DNA of 64,000 nucleotides from a virus. Under the pieces are notes generated by a model. That model made no database searches. It saw nothing but the letters and a program-made list of their open reading frames with translations, and was not told the DNA's origin. Each line of letters starts with the position of its first letter. Position 1 is the stretch's first letter. Shown one piece after another: positions 44,501 to 58,800 of the stretch. The DNA lies in the IMG/VR virus record IMGVR_UViG_3300009159_000032; one strand, 5' to 3'. Position numbers and translations under genes: made by a program.

Positions 44501-47500
44501 TTAGAATAATAGCCGCCGCCAGAAATATATGTGTCTAGATCAGGATCAACTATTGGACTACTGCCGTCGCTTGACTGTGTTCTAAAAATTATTGTAGCAG
44601 TAGAATTGTATATCTTGTTAACAGTAACAGTACTTTGATATCCGTTACCAACAAATGTAGGCATAATAGCATCTGGATTTGTTGCTGTAGTTCCATCAAT
44701 CCTAATTGTAGCGAACTTATTAGTTACTGTATTAAGAGTTTGAACATAGACATTAATTGATTCATTTAATTCAGGAACAAAATCTAACTGATAAGTGTAA
44801 GGATTGGGATTTAAGAAAGTAACTGTTCCTGTTGTAGTTGCATTAGTAGTTGTTGAAATTGTCACTGCCCATTGCGAAACACTGCCACCTTTGTAAGTTG
44901 AAGATGTAACTGTGTATATTGTGTTTGTTGTTAAGGCAGTAGTAGTGGATCCAACTTTAACTGTTTTAACATCTGGGTAATTGATTAAATCAAAGTAGAA
45001 TGTATTGGTAGTTGCATTAATGTTGGTATCGTTAAACTTAGCAGATATTCTTGGTCCTTTTGCTAGATATGCTCGTTCCTCGGGAATATAATCGTCCCAA
45101 TTGTTTACACCGTATGGCAATGAATCAAAACCACTAGATAAACCAAATGGTAATGTATCAACAGTAACCCCCGGATATTCTAATCCGTTCATTAATAGAG
45201 TTGCAGTATTACCTGGCATACCTGATGTAGGCTCATAGTAATCTCTAATACGATCAATAGCATTATATAACGCAGTGTCTTTTCTATATTCAATCTCAAT
45301 TTCTGTACGTTTAGAAATAATCTGATCAAATACTAGTCTTCCGTATTTTTTAGTGTAGCCTCTAAATTTATCAGTATAAGTTTCTATTGAGTAGTCGCCA
45401 GATAACACTCGTATACCGTTAAGGGTAACTGTTATATAATTTTTGTCTGGATTTGGTGCCCATGAAAGATCAAACTTGTTTGTTAATCCAGATGCAATAA
45501 ATCTGTCAGTGGCAGTTTTAGCGATAATTTCATCATATCCTGCAACACGATCAAATTTCATCTTAACAATGTTTGATCGAATTTTATTGTTTGACATAAT
45601 TACGCTAACCTTAGCAGGCGTCAGTGTAGACGGTCCTCCACCAATAACGTTTATAATTGGTGTAGCAGTATACCCAGAACCAGGATCTGTTACTATAATT
45701 TGTGTAACTTTTCCTAGTGCAATATAAGCAGTTGCTTTTGCGCCAGATCCAGTATCTCCAGCTTGTGGTACAATTTCAATTACCGGAGGAGTATCGTATC
45801 CAGCACCACCATCATATACCTGTACCGACTCTACAGAGTATCCGTAATTTTCTGCCCATGCCTTCCATGGGTAAACTGTTAGTTCTGGTCTACCAAATGT
45901 GATAGGCGTAAATTGTTTAGTTGATGTATCATACACAGACGGTAAATCAAAGTCTGTAGTAATAGACCGTGTAATATCAGTAGCTGTATAATTTGAAGAA
46001 AAGTTTCTTATTTTTGTATGATAAGGTTTAGTTTCTTCAATATAACTTTGATAATAACTTTCGTTGTTTAGTTTATAAACAGGTCTTTGATCCAAAGCAC
46101 CAGCATAATTAACTACATCAACTAGTGATGTTTTTAAAACCCAATCAAGCGATTTTTGTTCTGTTAACGCATGTTTGATTAATTTAAAGAACAATAAATT
46201 GTAGTATACTTTTAATTCTTTAACAAATACATCTTCAAGTAATCCTAAGAAAATATTTTTAATTTCTTTTGTAGGAGTTTGATCAAATAATGTTTGATCA
46301 AATCCAGCTATTTGGTCAAATCCGTATATTGATTCTGAATAATTCCATAAAGAATCAAGAAGTTGAATTGTTCCGTTTTCTTGATAGACTAAATCATAAG
46401 AATTATTGTAGGTACCAGTTGTTTGTGTGCTAGAAATTTTGCGAAGAATAATATATCTACCATCACCTGCATTTCTAATCTTAACATAATTACCTTCTGG
46501 AACTTCAATTAATGCAGATAATTGATACGGTGCATCTATAGTAGCTAATAGATCTTGAGCATTATTAAATGTTGCGTCAACCCAATCTATGTATTTCCAA
46601 TATAATGTTGTATCATAACTTTGTGAAGAAGCTCTATAGTACTCTTTTTTACTGTAGTCCCATTCGTACTTACTCCATTTATTATTAACATTACTATCAA
46701 CAGATACAATAACTGTAAATGGACGGACTACCACAGTTGGAGCAGTTACATATCCTGATCCAGGATTTATAATAGTTGCCTTAACTACTTGGCCAACAAT
46801 ATTAATTTCAGTTTCAATTATTGCACCATGGCCAGTACCTTCTATTGTTACAGTAGGACCAATATAATTTTTAGATGAAGAGATTGACGATGATAATTTT
46901 AAATTCTCAGCATGGTAGCCATAACCGCGATTAGTTATTACTACATTAACTATTTTTCCGTTCGTTACATTACATGACAATTCTGCACGTTTTAAATTTC
47001 TAGTGACAATGCTAAAATCTTTTTCTATTAAATCTTCTACTAAGAAATCATATTGTCCTAATAATGGGTTAGGCGGAGTATCTTTATCTAAAAATCTAGT
47101 TAGATTAACATAGTCAACTATATTATTCTTTTTAAGAATTGAATTTGCATATTCAACAAGAACTCGAGTAGCCCCTTGTTTGCTTACAAACATTGATTGT
47201 CTTGGTCTAACTGATACACCATAACGATTTCGACTAGATAATTTTTCATCAGGTACAGTATTGTTTAAACTGTCTACACCTACTATACTATCTAACATTT
47301 TGCTGATTAATTTTTTAGGAGGAATACTTGATTTATTACCTTCTTGTAATAACAACCATTCTGTATGTTTATTATTAATATTGTTTATTGAATCTAAACT
47401 AATTGACAAATTAATTTTAGTTCCAATCACACTTGATTGCATATTGGTTAACATGACTGCATTATCAGCAATTATGCCTGCAAATTTAATTCCTTGAGCT

Positions 47501-50500
47501 TTAGGATCTGCAATTATAGTTGCAACATTATAAGCACTTATTTTTCTTTCTACTCCTGCAGGAACTGTAGTTTTATTTTTTACCCAATAGTAATAAAAAT
47601 TACTAAAAGAATTAGATACTGGGTCCCATACTTGTTTTACAGATACAACTGAGTTATCAGAAAATTTTGGTTGTCCGCTTATGCTTTGGGCAAGGCCGTC
47701 AGTTGTATCAGATATCGCTAGCCACTGGCTAGGCAAGTAAGGAGTGCCCACCCATTCATAGACGTCAATCATCGATCCCGGAAACATACTATTCCAATTA
47801 TTTTTTCTAAATTCTAATTCGCCTTGTTCGTACCAAGTATACTTTATCGAACTTAGATCCCACCATAATTCGCCAACATGTTCATCTAACCAATTAGCTG
47901 TAGTATCTACAGATACGCCTGGAAGTCCAATAGAATAAATTGCAGGATCAAATAATGATTTATAACGAAGTTCTTGGTCTGCTATTCCTGAAATTTTTCC
48001 TTTAATAGGATCAATAATTTCTAAGTAATCGACAATACTATCTGTCTCAGTATCGATAGTTTTTATATTTTTAATATTATCTAGATCAACCAATGCTGTT
48101 TCTTCACGTAATGGGTACCAACTGTCTAAAGTGGTAGATTTAGATTCATATAGATACAACGCACCTATTTGATTGTTAATATAATTTTGGCCTGGTGCTC
48201 CTACAGTTATGTAACTATCAGCAACAAACATACTTTTTCCGTATATTTGATCAGTTGATACTCTATTATCAAATAGTTCTTCGGCAAAAACAAATTTATT
48301 TTGTTTTTTAACAAAAGAAAATACTGCACCCGAATTTTTTACTGTGGAATAAAAATTCACTGTGCCTGAGTCAAATGTTGTAGCAGACTCTCTAAGAGCA
48401 CTGTTTGAATCAAGAACATATTTAGGTGAGCCTGATTTTTGTTTTGAAAACACATCAAAGGTTAGGTAAGGTCGATGTGTAGACCCAATACTTGATACTA
48501 CTAACGTTTTTCCGTCAGACGATAAAGACATGTTAGCACCAAAATCATAACCATTATCAATAAACGGATTGCTAATTATTTGATTTAAACTATAACCAGT
48601 TAAATTTCCTATAGAATTGTATTGTGCTTCAAACACAAAAATCTTTCCAACTTTACCATTATCGCCCAGTGCTTTGGGTGCTGACACATATAGATAATCG
48701 CCAGAAGTATCCAATAATATTTTTTCTCCAAAACTATCACCAACTTTAACGTGATCAATTAACTCTGCATCAGTTATATCTTTTGTTATAATGATAGCAT
48801 TTGGTAAGAATGATGCTAGTCTTACATACCCACCGCCAATTGCTGACACTGCTAGTCTTTTAACTTGTCCTTTGTTTACTGCTATGCTATGACCGTATCT
48901 GTCGCCTGATGCAGGCACATGCCCTGACTGTCCAAAAAAGTTGATTACTGTGCTTGTAGACACAACATTGGTGCTTAAATTTAATGTAGTATAGAATATT
49001 GTTCCAGCATCATTATTAAATCCTGGGGCTGATACAACAACAAATTTAGAAAGATTAGAATTAGATGACACTGCTACATCCCAACCAAATTGTGCATATG
49101 ATTGAGGTATTGGACTTGTGAATACTGCTCTGTCAACAGCAGCCGCTGTAGGATTTTCAAAATCAAATTTAACTATCTGTATCAATCCTTCTTCAATTTT
49201 ATTTGATGCTGTGCTATTAGGATTCACAGTTGTAAAATGACTAGATGTATTTCCATACTTAACATGAGATGCCTTAGGTGCTCCGACTAATACCCACCCA
49301 CTGTCTTCGTCAAATTCAATTGACTGGCCAAACATAGGAACATTTGTTCCTGTAAAATATGTTGAGATTGACGAAGGATTAATATTTCTACCACCTGCAT
49401 AAATTAAACCGTTGGCGCCCTTGCCTGATTTATTATAAGCATACAATCTTCCGTATGATGGAGAAATTGATGATTTATAATTAGTTGAGGCAACAATTAA
49501 TTTACTACCTTTACTATTTCCTACTATTGAATACCCGTATTGTTGATTACTGTTAGCACCGAAATTTGTAGGAGAATCATAAAGTGTAGATTCAAAATTA
49601 TTAGTTTTTTGATATACTGCCCATTTTCCAGACCCACTATCATTGACCCAAATTTTTTCTTTGTTCCTAAATTTGTCAAAGGTTGGTAAAGTAGTTAGAT
49701 CATCAAATGAATCAAATCTAGAACTAACAAATTTGAATAATATTCCTATCTGAGGATCGTACGGTGTTGTTAAATCAGTTATAGTTGATTCAAGAATTAT
49801 TTGATTTAGCTCTGGTATAGATTCAACAGTATATACTCCATCAAGATACGGATCAAATTGTGAAATACTAATTATATCTCCAACAGATAGATTATGAAAA
49901 GAATCTGTAGTAACTAATAATGACGATCCAGGAATATAAATTGCAACATCAATTACTTTAGATGATAACTGTGTATAACGATAAACTCCCCAGTCTCCAT
50001 TATTTTCAAATCCAAGCCAAACTGTGTCACCGTCTTTAAGGGCTCTATTATTTGCAATATCTAATAGACTGTTTTTATTAAAAGCTGTTGCTGTAATATC
50101 ATCAATCCTCACATAACCGGCTACAGGAAGAGTACTGGCAATATCGCTGTACTTAGTTGTAGTACTAAATGGGGAGTTTCCATAATTATCAGGTTTTATT
50201 TGTACGTCTTTTGATTCAATATAAGAAATAAAATCTTTTGTAACGACAGGTTTTGTTTGAACAAAGTTAACAATCTGTGGATTTTCTTTAAACTCTGATT
50301 CATTTAAATTAAACTCAAGAGTTTGATCTGTAGAATACGCTCCATATTCGCCAACTCGAACTGCCCAGTCTTCGTAAAAATCTATATAACTTCCTTGAGA
50401 AATTACACTGGCTTTACTTAATTTTTCAACTGTATTCCTTGTGCCTTTTTCTTTGATAAATCCTTGATAAAACTTGTACTGACTAATTGCATTTGTAAAA

Positions 50501-53500
50501 ATATTATTAAGATAGGGTCTTGGTGTATATCCTATCAAATGTTGAGCCAACGATTGTTGACTTTGATCAAAGTTATCAATGTCTAAACTATAAAAATCGT
50601 CAAACTGTGCAATTTTATAATCAAAGTTTGGTAATAATTCTGCAACAGGTTTGCTACCTAATATTGACCATTGGTTGAAATTAAAAGTGTCTCCTCCAAT
50701 AATTTTTGTAATAGCAGTATAGTAATTGCCTGCATAAAATACAACATTACTTGCAGCATAATCGGTATATGGAGTCCAAGATGTAATATCAGCTTCGTCA
50801 TAGATAAAGCCAGGACTGAATAAATCTCCGTTCCAATTGTCAGTAATAAACCCTGATAGTTTGATTCGACGTTGTCTATATCCTGACTCATTATCGTATA
50901 TGACATCATTAAAATATGTATGATTGTTTAATACCAGTGTATGTTCTTTTTGTATTAAATTTAATCTAACAAAATAAATCCCGTCAGTGGTGTTTAGAGT
51001 TTTTAATGTAAAATCATTTTCTTCTCTATATGTTGAAATATTTTTACTTGATAACACTGCACCGTCGGCTTTTAAAACACTGTATTCGTAGAAAATATTA
51101 GTCAGGCTATCAACTACGGCTGAAGAATTTTTAAATTTTAATTTTTCTGCAAAGGGACTTAGTGTAATTACACTGCCTATTGCCCAATTTTGAGTTGACC
51201 AATAAATCAATTCTTTAGCTGAAAATTTCCAATCTACAATTTCTTGTACTTCTTTACTGTACTCATCAAAAATCAAACCTTGAGATTCTAGCCAGGTGCC
51301 ATATCCTAGTAATGCTGCATACACATCGTTGATATCTGCATATTCAATCCCGTAAGGTATTAAGGTAGTTACTTTTTCAAACCTTTTAGGATTTTTAATT
51401 GTTACACCGCCAATTTTAGGTAATTCAACAAGAGCTTGAAAATTTGCTGTGTTAAAAACTTTACCAGAATTATGACTTACTTTTACTCTGTAAAACTTTT
51501 CAAGATGTCTTACAATCTGTCCTTGTTTGTAAAATCTATAGCCATCATTGGTACTAACGGACACTGTATCAAAACCAGACATAGGATTTGCAGCAGAAGG
51601 TGCCCAATCAACATACGGAGAACTTTTTCCTCCTATTGTAATTGCAGGATCCACTGCTGTGAACACAGGCATATAACAAGTAAAATAAGGATTTTGTGTG
51701 TCATATCCTTTGATAGAATATCCCTTGTCCGTTTTTTGGACAATTACTCCACTAACTCCAATACTTTTTACTGGGCTACTTTTATCAAGGAAAATAGAAT
51801 AATCATTATCTGAAAGAAAAACTCCAGAACTAGCACTAGACGGACTAACACTGTCAATGGTAATTTTAAACTTGTCTTTATTAACAAAACCGCCTATTTT
51901 ATGTGTAAGTTTTGAATATACAAATGATGTTTCTGTTTTTAATTTTTCAAGATAGTTTCTATTTTTTTGTTTTCCTGCCTCAATTAAAAATACACTATAA
52001 CCAGATCCTAACAATTCAGAACCGGCTACTGTGTCTTGATAAAATTTTAAAACATCAAAACTATGAAAATCTACATTGTCTCCATATGTATATTGTCCAG
52101 CTAGATTCTTTTTGGTTCTGCTTGTGTCAAATAATAACGAACTATATGATGCTGGATCGGTCAAAGCCATTAATATCTGTACAGCATATGGCCATAAACT
52201 ACTTCTTCTCCACGATGTTTCAACTGGTCCTTGATCTCCAAATTCCCAGTTGGCATCAGTAGTTAGGTAGTCTACTCCGGTAGCAATATTTGCCTGTGTT
52301 GGCATCAATAATTTTCCGTTGTTGTCAACGGGTATAATATCTGCAAGACCGGGACGTGCATAGAGACTATTAATAGCTGTATTATTGGGATCTTTAACTA
52401 GTCCCTGTTCTAAATCATTCCATAAGATTTTATTACCTCGAGTGTATGGTGCAGGTCCGTATTCATTTTCCCACCATTGAGGTTGTTCTCTAAAACCCAG
52501 CATCTCCCATGGATGGGTATGAGGACGGTCTGTGTCAAAAAAGTATTTGTATGTAGCTCTCCATCCTCCAGGTAAAGGTAGTTTAGTAACTAAATCTTTC
52601 CCTGATTTAATATTCCAAGTCTTTGGATTATCAGACGCAGTTGTATTTTGTGAAAAATTAAATCCGTAAAATGCATCCCATTTTAAAAATTCTCTTGCAA
52701 GTATTGCGTTAATTTCTTTAGGTGCATAATCATTATTTCTAAATGCTCCAGGAAATACAGTATCAATATTAACTAATTCTGAGTCGTATTGCACTTTAAG
52801 ATTATTATAAATTCTACGCTCATACTCAAGAATCACAGCATCTCGGCTGTCACCAAAAGCAATCATTATACTGCCATCGTGCCCCTGGATCACTGTTTGA
52901 GATTCAACATAGGTATCGTCAACAAATATTTTTGGTTCAAATTTAGGATACAGTCCTAATTTAGTAGGTGTTGGCGGAATATAACATCCACGAGTGCTTG
53001 CATAGTCATCGACTCTAATCACATCACCTTTTGTTAAAGGAACTTTAATATGTACACTAGAATCATATAAATCAAATTCATAATCTGCACCGTGTAATAA
53101 CTGTGTTATATTGCCAATAGAATCAGTGTGATAAATGATTACTGATCTTTCAGATATTGTAGTTAAATTAAAATTAGACAATAAAGAATAGACAGTATTT
53201 CTACTATCGGTTACTGTGTAATTTCTTGTAACTGCATCTGTTCCATACCCTATCATATCGCTCATAGAATAAGGAAACATAACATCCTTGTTTACATTAA
53301 CATTATATAATGCAATATCAAGTGCTCTTGATGGAGTATACACTCCTGCTAGATTTGCAATCTGTTCTATTAATGCTAATTTAAATTGATTATAATGCTG
53401 TCCAACTAATCTTGTTGCAGAAATTAAATTAAACTCGTCATTAGCTACAAAATAACCTGCAAATACTAAAGGATTTTTATTAGAAATTAATCTTGTTCCA

Positions 53501-55887
53501 TATATTGAAGAATCTGGCAAATCACGTAGATTGCTAACACCTGGAAACATTCCCAAAAATTCCGGATGTCTATCAACTATTGTCTTGACATGGTCAGATA
53601 ATTCCGATAAAGTAAATTCAGATATAGGACCATTTAACGGGTTATTTGTCCACCCAGGAGAAGTCTCGTAATATCCAGTTGCACTAGGAATTGCAGAAGT
53701 GTTAATTCTAAACAACACCTTATCGCCGACTGTTAATGCTGATTTAAAAACTACAGAATAATTTCTACCAGAAGCAAATAAAGTATACTCATCTCCTAAA
53801 ACTTTTTTATCCTGATTAACATATACTTCAATGTTCAATGTTTGATAACCTGGATTATCAACTGCGGTAATTTGAAGTTCAGTAGTTGACTCAGAAATAA
53901 TATTATATTGTAGAATTGGTATCTGATATTCTGGTGTTTCTGACCAAACATTTACAAATGTAACACTGTTACGAGATATATTTTGTTTAATAAAGCCGCT
54001 AGAAACATTTATATCATAAGAAATATTATTATCAACAATAGTATTCGTATCGTTCATAAAATAGTTTTCAAATAGATAGTATGCTTGATTAGCTACATTT
54101 TTATATTTTAACGGGAAACCTAAAACTGAGTCTTTGATTCCTGAGCCGATCGCATATCCAAATATTTTTGTTCCTACAAAACCGCCTTTATACACAGATT
54201 CGTCACTGTAACTTATGCCAGTATTGTCAAATATATCAAATCTTGGAGCTTGATTAATAGCAGTTTTTTGCTGTGCTAAAATCCACTCAGTTCCGTTAAA
54301 CCACCAATTGGTGCCTTTATACTCTGTACCTTTTGTAACTGTAACTGAATCGCCCAATAAAGGCGTAACATCGTCTGCTTCTTCTAAACTAATTCTAAAT
54401 TTATCTTGTATTTTAACAAAGTTAACAACAAATGTTTTTCCATTAACAAAATTATCAGCGTCTGCTGTAAAAATAATTCTGTCACCTTGACCTATTTCTA
54501 CTCCGTCTACATAATAACCTAACTGTCCTTCAATTTCAGTAAAGACATCAGTAGTTGAAGTATCAATAAATTGAATATTAGGTTTAGCAAAACTTCCAAA
54601 ATTATCAAGCTGAAGATTAGCTTCAAACTCTATGATTGGTCTTTTGGCTTTATTTGCTACAGGGAATAGTAAAGGAATTTTATTTGCTTCAGCAGATATT
54701 TTAATTACATCTTCATGGAACCATCTATTATATCGAGACCAAGGATTTTTATCTTGACTAGCTCTATTAATAGTAACGTATTCTGGGGTTTCAGGAAAAT
54801 TGTTTGACTGATCAAATGCGTATTGATCAAACGCTTCAGTGTCAAATCTTTCGTCAAAAATAGATGTAAATTTTTCAGGTGTTTCTAAACTATCAATGTC
54901 AATTAATTTAATTTTATCTCCAACACCTTCAACGATAAAATGTTTATTTTTATATTCTGTAGGAGTAACATTGCCAACAAAGTCTATCACTAAACCGTTA
55001 GTTAATTGTATTCCATTATAAGAAGTATATTGTTTTTTTCCTACAATTTCTTTTTCTACATCAATACTACTGTTTTCTTCAATGTCTTTGATAACAAATT
55101 CGCCGCCGTTTAATTTGTCGGTTTCAGATACAAAATACAAAATTTTAGGTGATGTATTATCAATTTTAAGTGTAATGATGCCTTTTTTAATACCGTTATT
55201 TTCTGTGACTCTATACGGTGCTTCTTTACCGTCAACTCGACTTGTCTTAATCCAAAAAGGATTCTTAGAGTCTACATTAAACTTATAAGTCACTCCTCGG
55301 TATAATGTTAACTGCGGTGCAGGAGTTAGTCCGTCGGGTGTAAACACAAAATAAAAGCCGTCAGCGGTGTCTGTAACATTATAGGTGCTGACAATTTCTC
55401 TTTGCTGATTTCCTATAGCAACAGAGTCAGGCCCGTTAGGAAGCCAATAATAATTTTCAAAATTGACAAATTTATCCCAGTCAATATGTGGATTGTAAGA
55501 ATAAAATTTAGGTTTAAATAATCGATCTAATCTGCTAACATTTGCGCCTTCGAATTCAAGTTGATTGATAAGATCGTCATAAGAAGTTGATTTAATAATT
55601 TTTAAAATTTCATCTGTTATTACCAAAGCAGGTTCTAATTGATAATCTTGACGCAATTTTGAATTTGAATTAAGATAAAAATCTTTCTCAACATTATACG
55701 TTGGTGTGATTTTTCCACCAACCCAACCGTCAACTCTTTTTAATTGAGGAGGCTGTATTAACTGATCAATTGTTCCTGATAAAAATTTTGAATTCTTATC
55801 TGTTCTAAACAATACAGGCAACAGATTAGCCGATTTTCTCATCGGGTTATTATTTTTATCTGTTACTTGTGATAAATCATCTGACAT
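41578..55887 (-). CDS. giant (4769 aa) baseplate/tail structural protein
   Basis: Directly follows the gp6-like wedge gene. It contains GSGY..P.V.I repeats, seven FG-GAP-like repeats and a NIDO-like insert. Confidence 0.8.
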   Translation of the reverse strand: MSDDLSQVTDKNNNPMRKSANLLPVLFRTDKNSKFLSGTIDQLIQPPQLKRVDGWVGGKITPTYNVEKDFYLNSNSKLRQDYQLEPALVITDEILKIIKSTSYDDLINQLEFEGANVSRLDRLFKPKFYSYNPHIDWDKFVNFENYYWLPNGPDSVAIGNQQREIVSTYNVTDTADGFYFVFTPDGLTPAPQLTLYRGVTYKFNVDSKNPFWIKTSRVDGKEAPYRVTENNGIKKGIITLKIDNTSPKILYFVSETDKLNGGEFVIKDIEENSSIDVEKEIVGKKQYTSYNGIQLTNGLVIDFVGNVTPTEYKNKHFIVEGVGDKIKLIDIDSLETPEKFTSIFDERFDTEAFDQYAFDQSNNFPETPEYVTINRASQDKNPWSRYNRWFHEDVIKISAEANKIPLLFPVANKAKRPIIEFEANLQLDNFGSFAKPNIQFIDTSTTDVFTEIEGQLGYYVDGVEIGQGDRIIFTADADNFVNGKTFVVNFVKIQDKFRISLEEADDVTPLLGDSVTVTKGTEYKGTNWWFNGTEWILAQQKTAINQAPRFDIFDNTGISYSDESVYKGGFVGTKIFGYAIGSGIKDSVLGFPLKYKNVANQAYYLFENYFMNDTNTIVDNNISYDINVSSGFIKQNISRNSVTFVNVWSETPEYQIPILQYNIISESTTELQITAVDNPGYQTLNIEVYVNQDKKVLGDEYTLFASGRNYSVVFKSALTVGDKVLFRINTSAIPSATGYYETSPGWTNNPLNGPISEFTLSELSDHVKTIVDRHPEFLGMFPGVSNLRDLPDSSIYGTRLISNKNPLVFAGYFVANDEFNLISATRLVGQHYNQFKLALIEQIANLAGVYTPSRALDIALYNVNVNKDVMFPYSMSDMIGYGTDAVTRNYTVTDSRNTVYSLLSNFNLTTISERSVIIYHTDSIGNITQLLHGADYEFDLYDSSVHIKVPLTKGDVIRVDDYASTRGCYIPPTPTKLGLYPKFEPKIFVDDTYVESQTVIQGHDGSIMIAFGDSRDAVILEYERRIYNNLKVQYDSELVNIDTVFPGAFRNNDYAPKEINAILAREFLKWDAFYGFNFSQNTTASDNPKTWNIKSGKDLVTKLPLPGGWRATYKYFFDTDRPHTHPWEMLGFREQPQWWENEYGPAPYTRGNKILWNDLEQGLVKDPNNTAINSLYARPGLADIIPVDNNGKLLMPTQANIATGVDYLTTDANWEFGDQGPVETSWRRSSLWPYAVQILMALTDPASYSSLLFDTSRTKKNLAGQYTYGDNVDFHSFDVLKFYQDTVAGSELLGSGYSVFLIEAGKQKNRNYLEKLKTETSFVYSKLTHKIGGFVNKDKFKITIDSVSPSSASSGVFLSDNDYSIFLDKSSPVKSIGVSGVIVQKTDKGYSIKGYDTQNPYFTCYMPVFTAVDPAITIGGKSSPYVDWAPSAANPMSGFDTVSVSTNDGYRFYKQGQIVRHLEKFYRVKVSHNSGKVFNTANFQALVELPKIGGVTIKNPKRFEKVTTLIPYGIEYADINDVYAALLGYGTWLESQGLIFDEYSKEVQEIVDWKFSAKELIYWSTQNWAIGSVITLSPFAEKLKFKNSSAVVDSLTNIFYEYSVLKADGAVLSSKNISTYREENDFTLKTLNTTDGIYFVRLNLIQKEHTLVLNNHTYFNDVIYDNESGYRQRRIKLSGFITDNWNGDLFSPGFIYDEADITSWTPYTDYAASNVVFYAGNYYTAITKIIGGDTFNFNQWSILGSKPVAELLPNFDYKIAQFDDFYSLDIDNFDQSQQSLAQHLIGYTPRPYLNNIFTNAISQYKFYQGFIKEKGTRNTVEKLSKASVISQGSYIDFYEDWAVRVGEYGAYSTDQTLEFNLNESEFKENPQIVNFVQTKPVVTKDFISYIESKDVQIKPDNYGNSPFSTTTKYSDIASTLPVAGYVRIDDITATAFNKNSLLDIANNRALKDGDTVWLGFENNGDWGVYRYTQLSSKVIDVAIYIPGSSLLVTTDSFHNLSVGDIISISQFDPYLDGVYTVESIPELNQIILESTITDLTTPYDPQIGILFKFVSSRFDSFDDLTTLPTFDKFRNKEKIWVNDSGSGKWAVYQKTNNFESTLYDSPTNFGANSNQQYGYSIVGNSKGSKLIVASTNYKSSISPSYGRLYAYNKSGKGANGLIYAGGRNINPSSISTYFTGTNVPMFGQSIEFDEDSGWVLVGAPKASHVKYGNTSSHFTTVNPNSTASNKIEEGLIQIVKFDFENPTAAAVDRAVFTSPIPQSYAQFGWDVAVSSNSNLSKFVVVSAPGFNNDAGTIFYTTLNLSTNVVSTSTVINFFGQSGHVPASGDRYGHSIAVNKGQVKRLAVSAIGGGYVRLASFLPNAIIITKDITDAELIDHVKVGDSFGEKILLDTSGDYLYVSAPKALGDNGKVGKIFVFEAQYNSIGNLTGYSLNQIISNPFIDNGYDFGANMSLSSDGKTLVVSSIGSTHRPYLTFDVFSKQKSGSPKYVLDSNSALRESATTFDSGTVNFYSTVKNSGAVFSFVKKQNKFVFAEELFDNRVSTDQIYGKSMFVADSYITVGAPGQNYINNQIGALYLYESKSTTLDSWYPLREETALVDLDNIKNIKTIDTETDSIVDYLEIIDPIKGKISGIADQELRYKSLFDPAIYSIGLPGVSVDTTANWLDEHVGELWWDLSSIKYTWYEQGELEFRKNNWNSMFPGSMIDVYEWVGTPYLPSQWLAISDTTDGLAQSISGQPKFSDNSVVSVKQVWDPVSNSFSNFYYYWVKNKTTVPAGVERKISAYNVATIIADPKAQGIKFAGIIADNAVMLTNMQSSVIGTKINLSISLDSINNINNKHTEWLLLQEGNKSSIPPKKLISKMLDSIVGVDSLNNTVPDEKLSSRNRYGVSVRPRQSMFVSKQGATRVLVEYANSILKKNNIVDYVNLTRFLDKDTPPNPLLGQYDFLVEDLIEKDFSIVTRNLKRAELSCNVTNGKIVNVVITNRGYGYHAENLKLSSSISSSKNYIGPTVTIEGTGHGAIIETEINIVGQVVKATIINPGSGYVTAPTVVVRPFTVIVSVDSNVNNKWSKYEWDYSKKEYYRASSQSYDTTLYWKYIDWVDATFNNAQDLLATIDAPYQLSALIEVPEGNYVKIRNAGDGRYIILRKISSTQTTGTYNNSYDLVYQENGTIQLLDSLWNYSESIYGFDQIAGFDQTLFDQTPTKEIKNIFLGLLEDVFVKELKVYYNLLFFKLIKHALTEQKSLDWVLKTSLVDVVNYAGALDQRPVYKLNNESYYQSYIEETKPYHTKIRNFSSNYTATDITRSITTDFDLPSVYDTSTKQFTPITFGRPELTVYPWKAWAENYGYSVESVQVYDGGAGYDTPPVIEIVPQAGDTGSGAKATAYIALGKVTQIIVTDPGSGYTATPIINVIGGGPSTLTPAKVSVIMSNNKIRSNIVKMKFDRVAGYDEIIAKTATDRFIASGLTNKFDLSWAPNPDKNYITVTLNGIRVLSGDYSIETYTDKFRGYTKKYGRLVFDQIISKRTEIEIEYRKDTALYNAIDRIRDYYEPTSGMPGNTATLLMNGLEYPGVTVDTLPFGLSSGFDSLPYGVNNWDDYIPEERAYLAKGPRISAKFNDTNINATTNTFYFDLINYPDVKTVKVGSTTTALTTNTIYTVTSSTYKGGSVSQWAVTISTTTNATTTGTVTFLNPNPYTYQLDFVPELNESINVYVQTLNTVTNKFATIRIDGTTATNPDAIMPTFVGNGYQSTVTVNKIYNSTATIIFRTQSSDGSSPIVDPDLDTYISGGGYYSNLDGDLVLTKSNDYEDINIDGDAFVSATNSYGPEENLPGRVSDSLGINIFTYPESGTGLVINKQHYLEVGVIRYAIGMTPPNTSSVEVIKDGTVLTYAIDYTIDFETNEIVLLDSPLLEIQGPYFSSTVVLPRKENISFPIASTAGDDTSTGPYSLGFEWNMFDSIYDEVYVGTNGYLTFGSGNSSWTPLQLGFLTQPAIYIEYCDLWQAVGSSGQPLDTGEVPGLFLSGGTIGDFTYWRLRFQGSHYNKREQTPTVPAYQYEVTLYSNGTDQYVEMIYENTWREANFNGDLGFITGIATGKTGTTNGTGVEVDYTQILNNTSHVFYSTINGGNWKYAGRGSFDPFRAQTIAPQFLSITTMNVGGKNLIDKAHYAVSSATGKNNFELSVSKSSVKSLYVTVNGVKSTAYTLVGSTNGGMSGRAIIRFTNNLNYGDLLQAWAFAGEHKAFSEVNDQYISANIGTGTFVLSQSPGVIGPLHSQIIVERNGTRLSPPDTVYYIAETNQLTFSFDQHYNYVQGLPDMAHLEVYVNGVRRYFGAALSLRQEENLIEFAVDTISQGDAIAITILRDHDYIVQGQNLIFTDRVSVASSSTLKVTTFTNHDNSLIRRERFPGNGSGIFRLTRPALSTNYVWVELNGKPLTKNIHYRLESDQKTIIVSPSISIQGSDTVVIMSVVDKTNESLLGYRIFRDNLGRTHYKRLSGNNSTQLAADLTVSDTEITVEDASVLTPPNVARSRPGIILINGERIEFYRLSGNKLSSLRRGTLGTGVKTLHKESSIVVDQGAGQTIYVSENVRTWTTATTYWATGADNIRYGTSTWDLNALTPLTFSASTATQYQIDVFVQGRQLTKPGLDYVRTRTDIAYDSDSVNSYGTSSNETIVPEFSITGTNVLVLASLPREDAEIKVVIKTDVVTGFEYSNIHLRNTDQIQFLLESPSFMPDKYYYGQNTTTDQYLVLESGDTLDSETGDPLIGQ

Positions 55888-58800
55888 TAATATACTCCTA
55901 CTGAAGTGCTGTTAACAATATTTTCTGTTGTTCTAATTTGATTGGCTGTTATAGCATCAATAATTTCGATATCATTAATCGATGCTCCATTAATAAAAAT
56001 TTCATTATTTTGACAAGCAATTTCATACAAACTTCCAAATGGAATATCTGCTTTTGGCACTATAATAAAATTTGTAATGTCTGGTGTTAGTGAATTCATT
56101 ATATAAGTTGATAGTTCGCTGAAATAAAATGTTTGTCCAAATTCCCAATTTTCTAAATTAAAGAAATTCTCAATAGCTAATAAAATTTTTGTTTTCAATT
56201 CGTTGTCTGTTGTTGATCTAGAAGTATTTCTTACAGCCTTAAATGTTGCCTGTAAATTTCTAGTTGCTTTTGTACCAAATAAAACTTTATATTTTACAGG
56301 TTGGTATACTAGTTCATCACTTATTGATTTAATAGTTTCAAGAGATGATGAATAATTTTCTTCTAATGCCGAGCTTGTTGGAGGGAAAGGTTCGTTGCCA
56401 GAAGTTGTTGTTAACCAGTTTCTATATTCAGTATCATAACTCTTTGTTAATATAAAAATATCAATTAAGTTTGTTTTACTTGGATCTAGTCTTCTATCTT
56501 CACCACTGTTATGTCTATATTGGAACGTTAATCCTCTACGACCAGGTTTAGCAAAGTAATCAGATTCTAAGGTAAAAGAGTCTGTTGTGCTTGTTGAATA
56601 ACTTTTAATAACATCTACAGAAGAATCGTAGAAATAAAATAATTGACCGTCACTATATTGAGTTAGCGGTAATGGCACATCGTCTTCTGTAGGATAAGAT
56701 AAAATATTAGTTCCGTCTACAATAGAATATGTTAGGCCGTCAGTAGATTGTTTAAAAAATATAAACTTGTCTTTTTTACCTGTTTGAAAACTAACCGAGT
56801 CAGTGGCAACAATATTGTCAAATGCATCAGGATTTTCAATTTGTCCATCATCATATTCATCTAAGAACGATATTTTAATTTTTTTAGGTTCAACGTAGCC
56901 GTCTGCTTCAATAATATTCCCATCAATTTGCCATCCATAATCAAGACCTAATGGCAAAGTAGAGTACGCGGCATCAGAAACTCCCACTGTTACTGAGCAA
57001 GTTGAACGATAACCGCTTCCAGAATTTACAACTACTATTTCTGAAATACTGCCATTTTTTAGTAGAGGAATGAAATTTCCTCCAGTGCCAGGCAACGATA
57101 TTGTTATGTTAGGAGTTGTAACAAATCCAGAACCCCTGTTCTCTATATTAAAAGATGTAACACTACCTGCACTATTTGTATTAATTGATAATACTGCATT
57201 TCCGTAGTAGCTTGCAGGGGCAGGGTTGGTTGATAATATCTTAATTTGATCTTTAACTACTGTGTTTTTAATGAAGTCAAAGTTCTTTGATGTATTATCA
57301 AAATAAAACGCTGTTTCGTTTTCGCTTTCAAAAATATAATCAGTTACTCTGTATTTTACCTGATACCCAATACCTGTCCATTGAAATGCAAAAAGCCAAC
57401 TGGCATCTCTGTTATTGTTAGTGACGTCTTTCTGATAGACAATAGAAAAATTACCGTTTGAATTTAGATTTGTATCAGTAATAATGTACCACTGCCGAGT
57501 ATCAAGAGCAAAACTTAAACCAAAATTTCTTTTAGATAAACACAAATTAACTATATCAGTTTGCAGTGTATAACTGAATACCGTATCAAAAGAGGGGATA
57601 ATTTCTTTTGCAACAGCACCAGTTGGAACAAATTGTGTTAAAATTATTGGACCAGTACCGTCTGGTAATGTGCCTAAACCGCCATATGATCCGTCACCAA
57701 TTATCAATGCAGTTTTAGTCCATTGGAACTCTCGTGTTGTAGAATCCTGAACCGTGGTTAATGTGCCGTTAGGTAAAAAATATTTTCCTTCAGGGGGAAT
57801 AAATTTAATTAAACTGTTAGGTCTAATATAAGATAAATTATTTGAAGAAAATACACCTGCTTGCAATGGCGTGTTTAAAGAATCTTTAAAATAGCCAGTT
57901 GTTTGATTTGTTGACTTTGTAATCTGTTGCCAGTATACTTTAGGATCCAATAATTGTGGTCTTGCCCAATTATTCAGATAAAAGTTCCTCATGCTTGTTG
58001 ACTCGACAATAGGAATCATTTGATTTATAATTGCAGCATAAATTTCATTTTTATTGGTGTAAGAAAAATCAAAAGTTAACACAGTATTATCTTGATAGAT
58101 AGCACCGTCGCTGCCAAATACATTTGTACTAGAATATTTTCCGCTGACATCACTTAATTCAAAATATTTAGATATGCCACTAGAGATTCTGTTAACGCTC
58201 TTAACTTTAATAATATCTGCACCAGCAGTCAACGGAGCAATATTATAGTCTTCTCCTGTAACCATTCGATTTTGTGTATAATAAGCCTGCGGTGCTTTTA
58301 ATTTAATATTAGTATCAGATTCAGATCCTTCACTGTTAGTCACAGTATACTGAAGACTAAAAGTCATTGTAAGGTTATGTCTTTGACCAGATTTATTATA
58401 GTACGGAACTTGAATTTGTACTCCGTTAATTTGTTCGGGCTTGATAGAATATTTTAACCCGTTACTCTGTCTATAAAAAAATATAAAATTACCTTTGGGT
58501 AAGTTTCCGAAAAGGCCGTCGGCAAAGTTTAAATCAATTTGATCATTTTCTCGTGTAGTGACTGCAAAAATATTTCTTTGATTATTATTAAGACTATTAT
58601 AGATAACATTATTTCCTACAACATTATTAACCTTAGTCCAATTAACTGAATAATTTCCGTTGGCGTCAATCTGCCATAGCCATGTATCTGAATCGTTAAT
58701 ATTGCTGGCATTGATTCCAACAATTTCATTCGGCACAGGAGCATCAATATTAAAACTAGTAAGATTTAGTGTGCCTTGTCTAAAATGTGTAAAGAACCCT

